Assembly (NCBI GenBank): GCA_022843175.1
Contig: JALHOE010000006.1
Coordinates: forward strand, 13,985-77,984
DNA: 64,000 nucleotides
Source: Deltaproteobacteria bacterium
Lineage (GTDB): Bacteria; Myxococcota_A; Polyangia; Polyangiales; JADJMO01
Direction: 5' to 3'
Shown here: positions 53,679 through 61,943 of the stretch, piece by piece
Layout: every line of letters starts with the position of its first letter
Position numbering within the stretch: the first letter of the stretch is position 1
The notes under the pieces: model-generated
What the model was told of the DNA's origin: nothing
Database searches by the model: none
What the model saw: the letters and a program-made list of their open reading frames with translations, nothing else
Made by a program: the position numbers and the translations under genes

Positions 53679-54655
53679 CGCATCGTCTCGATCAGCTTGC
53701 GCAGCTCATCGACGCGGAGCCATTCGGTGTTGGTGTCGCTCGCGTACCGGAAGCCCTCGGGGAGGCGCTTGCCGTTGTCGTACTTGACCTCGCGCCACCA
53801 CGGGTGCGACGGCTCGATGACGTAGAGGTCTTCGAGCTCGATGCTCGTCCGAGCCTCGTCCTCGGAGAGGAGCACCTCGTGGAGCTTCTCGCCCGCCCGA
53901 ATGCCGATGTGATCGATCTCGCAGCCGGGCGCAACCGCCTCGGCGAGATCCATGATGTTCATACTCGGGATCTTCGGGATGAAGGTCTCGCCGCCCCGCA
54001 TGAGCTCTGCTGCACGGAGAACGAGCGCCACGCCCTGCTCGAGGGTGATCCAGAAGCGGGTCATCCGCTTGTCGGTGATCGCGATGCGGCCGGTCTTGCG
54101 TTGGTCGAGGAACAGCGGGATGACGCTGCCACGACTGCCGACCACGTTGCCGTAGCGGACGACCGCGAGCTGGGTGCCCCCGACGCCCGAGTAGGCGTTG
54201 CCCTGGACGAAGACCTTCTCGGCGCAGAGCTTGGTGGCGCCGTAAAGGTTCGCGGGAGCGACCGCCTTGTCGGTGCTCACACCGATCACCTTCGACACCT
54301 TCGCGTCGAGAGCGGCGTCGATGATATTCTTCGCACCCATCACGTTGGTGGCGATGGCCTCGAACGGGTTGTATTCACAGGCGGGCACCTGCTTCATCGC
54401 GGCCGCGTGGACGACGATGTCAACACCGTTCATGGCGCGACGCAGGCGCTCGCCGTCGCGGACGTCGCCGATGAAGTAGCGCAGCTCGGGCTGGTTGAAC
54501 CCACCGACCCGCATCTCGTGCTGCTTAAGCTCGTCGCGGCTGAAGATGATGAGCTTCCGCGGACCGTGGTCGCGGAGCAGGATCTGCGTGAAACGCTTGC
54601 CGAAGGAGCCGGTTCCCCCGGTCAGCAGCACAACCTTGTCTTTCCACCATGTCAT
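53675..54655 (-). CDS. pseB: UDP-N-acetylglucosamine 4,6-dehydratase (inverting), PseB/FlaA1-like
   Basis: 326 aa. Matches are VLLTGGTGSFGKRF, AAAMKQVP and YGATKLCAEK. Confidence 0.88.
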   Translation of the reverse strand: MTWWKDKVVLLTGGTGSFGKRFTQILLRDHGPRKLIIFSRDELKQHEMRVGGFNQPELRYFIGDVRDGERLRRAMNGVDIVVHAAAMKQVPACEYNPFEAIATNVMGAKNIIDAALDAKVSKVIGVSTDKAVAPANLYGATKLCAEKVFVQGNAYSGVGGTQLAVVRYGNVVGSRGSVIPLFLDQRKTGRIAITDKRMTRFWITLEQGVALVLRAAELMRGGETFIPKIPSMNIMDLAEAVAPGCEIDHIGIRAGEKLHEVLLSEDEARTSIELEDLYVIEPSHPWWREVKYDNGKRLPEGFRYASDTNTEWLRVDELRKLIETMR

Positions 54656-54790
54656 GGGGCATAGGCCCGCCGGTCATCGCGAACGCGTGGCGGGAGGGCA
54701 CTCCTCCGAGGCTTAGTTGTCGGGCCACCTGGCTCATTCAAGCGGCACACTCGGATACCCCGACGGGGGCCCAGGGGCAACCGTTCACAC

Positions 54791-56035
54791 TCACCGCACG
54801 TACCACCACGCATCGTGATTCCACGAATTGTCGCCCCCGATCCCAGCCCCCCAGTATTGGCCGAGCGCCGAGCCCCCCGAAAAGAGCACCAGACTAAGCG
54901 ACCCGTCGTCGACGCGGGCCTGCCAACGGGTGGCATCGCAGATGAACATCCGCGCCGCCTTGAGCGGGTCCGTCGGCGAGAGGCGGTACTGGAAAGTCTC
55001 GTCGAGCCCCGAACAGGGCACCGGCCCGCCGTTGAACGCCTTCAGACCGGCCTTGTATTGGAAGATGACGAGGCGCGATGCAGCGACCGCGGCCGCGGGT
55101 TCGACCATGTCGATCGTGACCATCATCTCCGTGTGCATCAGGTTGGGGAGCAGGGAGGCCGCGCGGCCGTAGGTCGTCGCGTCGTCGGCGCGGTCTGCTC
55201 GATACGTGCCGGTGTCGACCCCGAAGAGAGTGCCCCCGACGTAGTCCTGGTTTACGTGGGCGAGGAACGTCCATCCGCCGCCCGCCGTCACCATGTCGCA
55301 ATAAACGTCGAGCTCGGTGCCCGCGCCCGCGCCGTCGGGATCGATTTTGTAGATGCCGCTCGTGAGCCCAGGGGCCGCGGCGTGGAGCGCGCTGCACGAG
55401 GGCGGGCGCGCGCAGACGCCGGCGGCACAGAAGCTCGTGACGCAGCTCGCCGCCCCGCTGCACCCCTTGCCGAGGGCGCACCGCGGACAGACGGTGCCCC
55501 CACAGTCGACGTCTGTTTCGTCGCCGTTTTTGACGCCATCGTCGCATTTGGACACGCCACATATGCCGCCCGAGCACGTGCCGCTCGCGCAGTCGGCTGG
55601 CTTTCCACACTTGCGCCCGTCGGCGCACGCGTCACAGCTGCCGCCGCAGTCCACGTCGGTCTCGTCGTTGTTGCGGGTACCGTCCGCACAACTGTCGACG
55701 CAGCGCCCCATCGCGCACTGTCGCGAGATGCAATCGCGCGCCTCGACGCACGCGCGCCCCCCGCCGCACGCGCCGCAGACGCCGCCGCCGCAGTCGACAT
55801 CCGTCTCGGCGCCGTTCTTGACGCCGTCGCCGCATTCGGTGACCGGCACGTCCGCGGGCTGGGTGTCGGTCGAGACCTCGCCGGCGGTGTCGACCTCGAC
55901 CTCACCATCTTCGACGCGGGCGTCGGTGGGCGAGCTCGCGGTGCCACCCTTGTCGAGCGAACACGCGAGGGACGCACCGAGCAGCGAGAACGAGATGCAG
56001 GCTCCGAGCGCTTTGATCTTTGAAAGGAACTGCAA
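54791..56035 (-). CDS. Lipoprotein with three Cys-rich repeats and a C-terminal fibrinogen-like (YCDxxxxGGGW) domain
   Basis: 414 aa with lipobox ASLAC. There are three ~44-aa repeats of the form C.DG.KNG.ETDVDCGG.C..C..G..C....C.S..C..G.C. These are followed by GIYKIDPDGAGAGTELDVYCDMVTAGGGWTF and the tail WNHDAWWYVR. Confidence 0.8.
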   Translation of the reverse strand: MQFLSKIKALGACISFSLLGASLACSLDKGGTASSPTDARVEDGEVEVDTAGEVSTDTQPADVPVTECGDGVKNGAETDVDCGGGVCGACGGGRACVEARDCISRQCAMGRCVDSCADGTRNNDETDVDCGGSCDACADGRKCGKPADCASGTCSGGICGVSKCDDGVKNGDETDVDCGGTVCPRCALGKGCSGAASCVTSFCAAGVCARPPSCSALHAAAPGLTSGIYKIDPDGAGAGTELDVYCDMVTAGGGWTFLAHVNQDYVGGTLFGVDTGTYRADRADDATTYGRAASLLPNLMHTEMMVTIDMVEPAAAVAASRLVIFQYKAGLKAFNGGPVPCSGLDETFQYRLSPTDPLKAARMFICDATRWQARVDDGSLSLVLFSGGSALGQYWGAGIGGDNSWNHDAWWYVR

Positions 56036-56050
56036 AGCGAAACGTCCCCC

Positions 56051-57280
56051 TCAGGCCAGAGCGACCGTCGGTCGAACCAAGCGCGTCGCCGCAGCGCGAA
56101 ACGCGACCATCGACGCCAGCCTACCGCACAGGAACACCGCAGCGAAGATCCGGAGATCGCGGGACGTAAAGCTCGCGATGGCCAAGCCCACGACCACGAC
56201 TACCGCCGCAACCGCGTGCAACGCGATCTGCACGCGCAGTTGGTTGGTGGCTGTGAGCGCGATCACATATTGGTTCGAAATCTCGACAACGACCCCGGCG
56301 AGGATCAGGGCGAGCGCGGTCTGATCGAGATGGTGCCTCGGGAAGATGCGGTCCCAGATGCGACCGGCCAGCCACAGGCCGAGGAGGGCACCGCCCGAGC
56401 CGAGCACAAACAGGCGCAGCGCGAGCCGCTCGACCGCCGCGAGGAGCGCAGCGGGGTCGCGACTGGCGCCATATTCGTAGAGCAGGCGCGGCATGGCGTA
56501 CTGATTGACGACGTTGGCGACGACCAGGCCCACGCTCACCGCAAGGAGGTGCACCGAGTAGGTGCCGTAGAGATCACGCGGCAGCATCGCGCCGAGCCAG
56601 ATTCGATCGAGCAGAAGACCGGTGTTGTAGACCACGGCGGCTCCGAGCAGCTGCACCCCGTCGCCGAGGAGATCGCGCATTCGATCGACGCGCGGGCGGC
56701 GAGGTCTCACGCCCGCGAGCCCGAAGACAAGCGTCCCGATGCCGACGACCGAGAGCACCGCCGCGTCTCCGAGCAAGAGCGCCTCCGGGCGAACCCGGTG
56801 CGCGAGCGAATACGCGAGCAGCGCGGCAGCAGCTGCTTGAACGAACATCAGCGCGCCGAACAAACCGGTCCGGAGCCTACTTCGAACGTCGCGGACCGCG
56901 ATGGAGAAGACCGAGGTCCCCGCGATGAACGTGGCGATCGAGAGGCCGGGGACGAGCACGCGACGGAGCGGCGGCACCGAGCAGACGACCACAAGGGCAA
57001 CCGCGAGGGCCGCCTGCGCGCCCAGAAGCAGCGTGAGCGTCTCGTTGCGCAGGCTCCGTGCCCCTTCGTCGTCCCCGGCTCCGAGCATCAGCGGTAGCCG
57101 TCGCGCGAGCGCGTCGATTAGGCCGACCGTAAGCAGCGGCACGCCGTAGGTGCCGAGCGCGGCGAGCCACGAGTAGAGGCCGAACGCCTCGCGCGGGAGC
57201 GAGCGGCCGAGGTAGGTGAGGCGCGCGAAGTTGAGTGCCCCGCCAGCGAGCATCAACGCGACGTAGAGGATGCGTGTCAC
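56051..57280 (-). CDS. Polytopic membrane protein, probable Wzx-type oligosaccharide flippase (MOP superfamily)
   Basis: 409 aa with about 12 hydrophobic segments. Its position in a glycan locus and its size fit Wzx. No strong motif was found. Confidence 0.5.
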   Translation of the reverse strand: MTRILYVALMLAGGALNFARLTYLGRSLPREAFGLYSWLAALGTYGVPLLTVGLIDALARRLPLMLGAGDDEGARSLRNETLTLLLGAQAALAVALVVVCSVPPLRRVLVPGLSIATFIAGTSVFSIAVRDVRSRLRTGLFGALMFVQAAAAALLAYSLAHRVRPEALLLGDAAVLSVVGIGTLVFGLAGVRPRRPRVDRMRDLLGDGVQLLGAAVVYNTGLLLDRIWLGAMLPRDLYGTYSVHLLAVSVGLVVANVVNQYAMPRLLYEYGASRDPAALLAAVERLALRLFVLGSGGALLGLWLAGRIWDRIFPRHHLDQTALALILAGVVVEISNQYVIALTATNQLRVQIALHAVAAVVVVVGLAIASFTSRDLRIFAAVFLCGRLASMVAFRAAATRLVRPTVALA

Positions 57281-58539
57281 GCGGTCGCGGGCTCGAGGCC
57301 CTCTGCTGCGTGCTCCTCAGCATCCACCGCCTCGGGACGCGAGAGCATGACCCCGAGCGCGACCCAGAACAGCATCGTTACGTTGATGTGCGCGGACGAA
57401 CCCGTGAGGATCAAAGTGGCGCCGACGAAGGGCACAACGATGCGCATCCCGCGCGAGACCTCGCGCCGACGCATCTGACGGACCAGCACCCAACCGATGC
57501 TCCCGAACAGCGCGAGCGCACCGAGCGCGCCGAACGAGATGACGTAGTTGAGGTACGCGAGGTGAATGTAGTGGTGATGCTCCTCCTCCACCTGCACCTC
57601 CCAGCCGAAGCCTTGCCCGAAGAGCACCTCGCTCGGCGTCGACAGGTAGTTCATCGCGAGGTCGACCTCGATGTTACGGCCGGACGACGCTCGATCGAGG
57701 TCCTCCGTGTCGACGGTGCGGTCGTACTTCTCCACTACGCGCCCGACGGTGGTCGTCCGATCGAACATCCGCGCGTCGGCAGCGTGCTGCACGGCCGCGA
57801 GCAAGCCCGCGAGGAGGGTGCCGGCGATCACGACCGCGCCCAGTGCCCGCGCGATCGACGCGCCGCGCTGGATGGTAAGCATGTACGCGAGCATGACGAG
57901 CGACGCCACGAGCGGGCCGCGCTTCCCGCAAAGCACCATGAGTACGACGACGACCGCGACCCACCGCCAACGCTTGGCGACGATGAGGACGGCGAGCGGC
58001 AGGAGTAGCTGGCTCGTGGGATAGCCCATGTACGCGCCGCCACCGCCGTATCGATAGAGCTCGATGAAGATGTAACCGAGCACGCTCGAGATCACGATCC
58101 CGATGGCGACGGGCAGCAGCCACCGATCGATGACCGGCCAGGCCTCGGCGGCCGCGAACCCAATGTTGAGGCCGGCGAACATGATCATCCAGTGGTAGAC
58201 TTGGCCCATAAATGGGCGGCCGAAGTCGTGGCCACGGAGCGCTGTCATCACGAGCGCATACGCGAGCAGCGCGATGCTCAAGAAGTTGAAGGAGCGTGAC
58301 GCAGGCGTGCGGCTCCGGCCGAGCGAGACCACGCCGATCAACATGAACAAGATGTTGACCCACTTGTCGTAGTAGCCAATCTCGGGCATGCGCGCGACGC
58401 GGACGTAGTAGATCCACATCGCCAACCCGTCGTAGGCAAACAACAGCGCCACGACCGCGAGCGCGCACCGCACCGCGACCTGACCGGCGAAGTCGAGCCC
58501 GGAGCTCGGCCGGGTGTGCGCTGCGGCGGGTGCGTTCAT
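57277..58539 (-). CDS. Polytopic membrane protein, probable O-antigen polymerase/ligase family (Wzy-like)
   Basis: 420 aa with about 10-11 hydrophobic segments. It has a central loop followed by LCGKRGPLVASLVML (resembling the SRGALLAL region of Wzy_C). Its 3' end overlaps the start of the Wzx-like gene (56051-57280) by 4 nt (57277-57280). Confidence 0.5.
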   Translation of the reverse strand: MNAPAAAHTRPSSGLDFAGQVAVRCALAVVALLFAYDGLAMWIYYVRVARMPEIGYYDKWVNILFMLIGVVSLGRSRTPASRSFNFLSIALLAYALVMTALRGHDFGRPFMGQVYHWMIMFAGLNIGFAAAEAWPVIDRWLLPVAIGIVISSVLGYIFIELYRYGGGGAYMGYPTSQLLLPLAVLIVAKRWRWVAVVVVLMVLCGKRGPLVASLVMLAYMLTIQRGASIARALGAVVIAGTLLAGLLAAVQHAADARMFDRTTTVGRVVEKYDRTVDTEDLDRASSGRNIEVDLAMNYLSTPSEVLFGQGFGWEVQVEEEHHHYIHLAYLNYVISFGALGALALFGSIGWVLVRQMRRREVSRGMRIVVPFVGATLILTGSSAHINVTMLFWVALGVMLSRPEAVDAEEHAAEGLEPATA

Positions 58540-58551
58540 GGGGCCGGGAGC

Positions 58552-61500
58552 TTACTCACGCCGAGAACGACGTCGAACGGCCAGCAGCTGGATGGCTCCC
58601 AACAGCGCGAAGAACGCGCCGACGCCGCCGCCCCCAGCGGGGGTCTGGCACGAGCAACTCGAACTACCGCCGTCGCCGCCGGCGCCCGCGTCGCCGCCCG
58701 CGTCGTCGCCGGGGCCCGCGTCGCTCCCGGGGCCCGCATCCGTACCGTCCGGGGTGACCGTGACGCCGTCGCTCGCCACATCCGGGCCGGGCTCGCCGGC
58801 GGGCGTGAGCGCGCGGACCGCGACCGCATAGTGCGCGCCAGGCGTGAGCGTCGCGTCGATCGTCGCCGTGTCGACGTCGCCCACGTTCTTCCAGGTGCCC
58901 AGGTACTTGCCGTCGGAGCCGATGGCGGCGACCTCGTACGCGGTCGCGCCCGTGACCTTGCCCCAGGCGACGACGAGCTGCGTGCGCGAGCTGGTCACGT
59001 CGACGTCTGTGGTGCCGGCGCTGCCGGGCTCGAGATCGCGCACGTCGGTCGGGCCGCCGACGCGCTCCTGCCGCAGACCGTAGATGTAACCGTCGCCGAC
59101 GCTGACGATGATCTCGTCCTTGCCGTCGCCGTCGGTGTCGCCGAAGATCGGCGAGCCGACCGCGGAGCCGAAATCGTGCGCGAAGACGAGCGACGAAGCG
59201 CACGGGTCGACGGCGTACATGAAGCCGTCGGTCGACCCGACGAGCGCAAGGGGGCGCGCCTTGCCATCGAGATTGCTGTGGACGTTCACCGACGAGAGTT
59301 GTCCGAGAAAGGCCTTCGCCTTGGCCGCAGCCTCGTCGGGATAGGACGCGCCGCCCGCGAGCACGAGGCTCGTCGACATGCCCGCCGACGCGCCGCTCAT
59401 CTTCGTGAGCTTGATGCGCGCGGTGTTGAGCACCGACGTCGAGATGAACACAGGCCCGCCCGACGCACAGGTCGCGACGGCACCGGACGGCAGGGGCTTG
59501 TCGTCCACCTTGTCCTGCCAAACGAACGTCTTGAGGTCCTGCTTGAGCGTGCCCGCGGCGCCGGGGCCGCCGTGCAGGGTGATCTCGAGCGCGCCGTCGC
59601 CGTCGACGTCGGACAGGATGGGCAGCAGGTAGCCGGCGCCCAGGCCGCCACTCGCGATCTCCACGCCGTCCTTACCGGAGAGCACGCGCGTCGCGAGGCC
59701 CTGCCACACGACGTCGTCGGTGCCGTCCTTGTTCCAGTCGCCAATCGAGTAGGCCGATGGTTGCCGGCCTGCGCCCGGGTTGACCGGCGCGGCGTTCCAG
59801 ATCGCCTTGCCCGTCGCGCCGTTGATCGCCCGCGTCTGCACGAAGAGATCGCCGCTGTTACCCCACTGAAGGACCAGATCCGGCACCGCGTCGCCGTCGA
59901 TCTTGGCCGGCACGATGTCGTTGAAGGCGACGCCGTCGTAGGGGTGAGTCCACAGCTCTTTGCCATCCGCAGTGAGGGCGGCGACCGCGCCGGCGCCGCT
60001 GGCCGTGCGGCACACAATCCCCGGAGCAGTGCCGTTGAGCCCGGCGACGATCGCGGGCGCGGTGGTGTTCGGCCGCGACCACTTCGGTGTCGGTCCGACC
60101 GAAAGCGTGGCGCCCTCCGGGTCGAGGCGAAGCAGGTAGCCACGGCTGTCGGGGACGAGGATCGACTCCCCCTTGCCACTCCCGAGCTTGCCGACGACGG
60201 GCGTGGTCGCAAAGGAGCGGAAGCCGCCCGACGCGAGGTAGCCGCCAAAGCGCACGCCGACGCCGACGGGCTTGAGCGCCGCGTCGAGGACCGCAAGGCT
60301 GCCGTCGTTGCGCGCAAGCGCGACCTGCGCGCCGGGCGCGGTTACGCCTGGCGTGAGCCACACCCCTGAGAACGTGGTGCCGGCCGGGACGACGTAGGCA
60401 CCGGCGGATGCCGGCGCCGCGCCGAGCGTGTACGCCCGGATCTCCGAGGTGTTGCGAACGAACAGCTCGGGGGACTTGTCGCCGTTCACATCGAGCTCGA
60501 GCGTTCGGGTCCCGAACGAGTTGAACCGCGCGACCGCCCAATCCTGCACAGAGGTCACGCGTCGGTCGTCGATCTTCCACTCGGTCGCCAGCGCGGGGGT
60601 GGCGCCGCGCGTGAACTTGTGGCCGCTGAGCGTCTTGCCGTCGGAGACCAGCGCCGTGGGCTTAGCGCCCGAACTGGCGATGCCCTCGGGCCACACGCCG
60701 ACGATCTGCCCGAGCTCGTCGCCGGTGAGGACATCGAGGATGTAAGTGGTGTACTTGCCAGCCGTCGGCGCGCCGAGCATGAGCTCTTTTTTGCCGTCGC
60801 CGTCGAGGTCCGCGACAACCTCGTTGCCCCAATAGACGAAGCCGTCTGTGTCGCCGAGGTCCTTCGACCACACAACTTTTGCGGTCGCGGGGCTCGCGAC
60901 CGTGTCGAACTTCACGAGGAATGCGCGGTGACCCGACGGCTTGATGAAGCTCGCATTGGCGATGCACATCAGCTCGTCGCCCGGCGCTCCGTCGACATTG
61001 ACGGGGAGGCAGTTGCTCGCGCCGACGAGCGCGCCGAGGTCGGGGGTCGTCGCGATCGTCGCGCCGGTGGCGCCATTGACCAGGGTGAGGCCCTGGTTGG
61101 TGCCATTCGCGACCTCGAGCTTGCCGTCGCCGTTGGCGTCGAGCACCGCGAGCGAGCGCTCGCCGCCGCATACGGCTTGAGGCAGCGTCCAGAATTGCTC
61201 GGGCGCCGAGAAGCCCTTGGCAAACCGATACGCAAAGCCCGTCTTGCCGCTCGCAATCGCGCAGCACGCGCACTCCTGCACGACGATGTCGGCCTTCTTG
61301 TCGCCGTCCAGATCGGCAACTCGCACCGCGCCGAGCGTGCCCATCTCACCTTCGGGCTCGGCCCACTCGAGCGCGCCGGTCTTGCCGCTGAAGACGAGGA
61401 CGCGATCGCGCGTGGCAGCGACGATGTCGACGACCCCGTCGCCGTCGAGATCGTCCGCCGCGACGAGCCGGTTCACGTTACTCAGCGCGGTCTGCCAGAG

Positions 61501-61785
61501 GACCGAGTCGTCGGCGCGCTTGGCGACGATGCGTCCGTTCGAAGAGAAGACGAGCTCCGCCTTCATGTCTCCGTCCAGATCCACGGGGATCATGCCCAAC
61601 GGATCGAGGGTACCGCCCAGGAACGCGCGCCAGTACGGCACCGGCTTCACGAGATCGGAGGTGCCCGTCGCAGCGCCGGTGCGCTGCGGATCGTGGCGTG
61701 AGCTCGGCCAGTCGGCGTGCGCCGAGGTGGATAGGAGCAGCGAGAGGAGACAACCGGAAGCGAAGAGCGATCGTCGCGCGATCAT
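58552..61785 (-). CDS. Large secreted FG-GAP/VCBS-repeat (beta-propeller) protein with FN3-like module and MYXO-CTERM-type tail
   Basis: 1077 aa with a signal peptide ending in SAHADWPSSRHDPQRTG. DLDGDG..D/ADLDGDKKAD Ca-binding FG-GAP motifs recur. The tail is GGSSSCSCQTPAGGGGVGAFFALLGAIQLLAVRRRSRRE. Confidence 0.82.
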   Translation of the reverse strand: MIARRSLFASGCLLSLLLSTSAHADWPSSRHDPQRTGAATGTSDLVKPVPYWRAFLGGTLDPLGMIPVDLDGDMKAELVFSSNGRIVAKRADDSVLWQTALSNVNRLVAADDLDGDGVVDIVAATRDRVLVFSGKTGALEWAEPEGEMGTLGAVRVADLDGDKKADIVVQECACCAIASGKTGFAYRFAKGFSAPEQFWTLPQAVCGGERSLAVLDANGDGKLEVANGTNQGLTLVNGATGATIATTPDLGALVGASNCLPVNVDGAPGDELMCIANASFIKPSGHRAFLVKFDTVASPATAKVVWSKDLGDTDGFVYWGNEVVADLDGDGKKELMLGAPTAGKYTTYILDVLTGDELGQIVGVWPEGIASSGAKPTALVSDGKTLSGHKFTRGATPALATEWKIDDRRVTSVQDWAVARFNSFGTRTLELDVNGDKSPELFVRNTSEIRAYTLGAAPASAGAYVVPAGTTFSGVWLTPGVTAPGAQVALARNDGSLAVLDAALKPVGVGVRFGGYLASGGFRSFATTPVVGKLGSGKGESILVPDSRGYLLRLDPEGATLSVGPTPKWSRPNTTAPAIVAGLNGTAPGIVCRTASGAGAVAALTADGKELWTHPYDGVAFNDIVPAKIDGDAVPDLVLQWGNSGDLFVQTRAINGATGKAIWNAAPVNPGAGRQPSAYSIGDWNKDGTDDVVWQGLATRVLSGKDGVEIASGGLGAGYLLPILSDVDGDGALEITLHGGPGAAGTLKQDLKTFVWQDKVDDKPLPSGAVATCASGGPVFISTSVLNTARIKLTKMSGASAGMSTSLVLAGGASYPDEAAAKAKAFLGQLSSVNVHSNLDGKARPLALVGSTDGFMYAVDPCASSLVFAHDFGSAVGSPIFGDTDGDGKDEIIVSVGDGYIYGLRQERVGGPTDVRDLEPGSAGTTDVDVTSSRTQLVVAWGKVTGATAYEVAAIGSDGKYLGTWKNVGDVDTATIDATLTPGAHYAVAVRALTPAGEPGPDVASDGVTVTPDGTDAGPGSDAGPGDDAGGDAGAGGDGGSSSCSCQTPAGGGGVGAFFALLGAIQLLAVRRRSRRE

Positions 61786-61943
61786 CGAAAAACTATGCTG
61801 GATGCACCGCGCCAGTGCAAGACGCGGATCGCAGTGTTCGTCGGAAGAATGCGCCTTCGCATGGTGTTGAATGCCGCGCGCGATTACAGCAACGAATCGT
61901 CCTTGCTGTCACCCGTCCCTGCGGATAGCCAGGGCTCAGCTCC

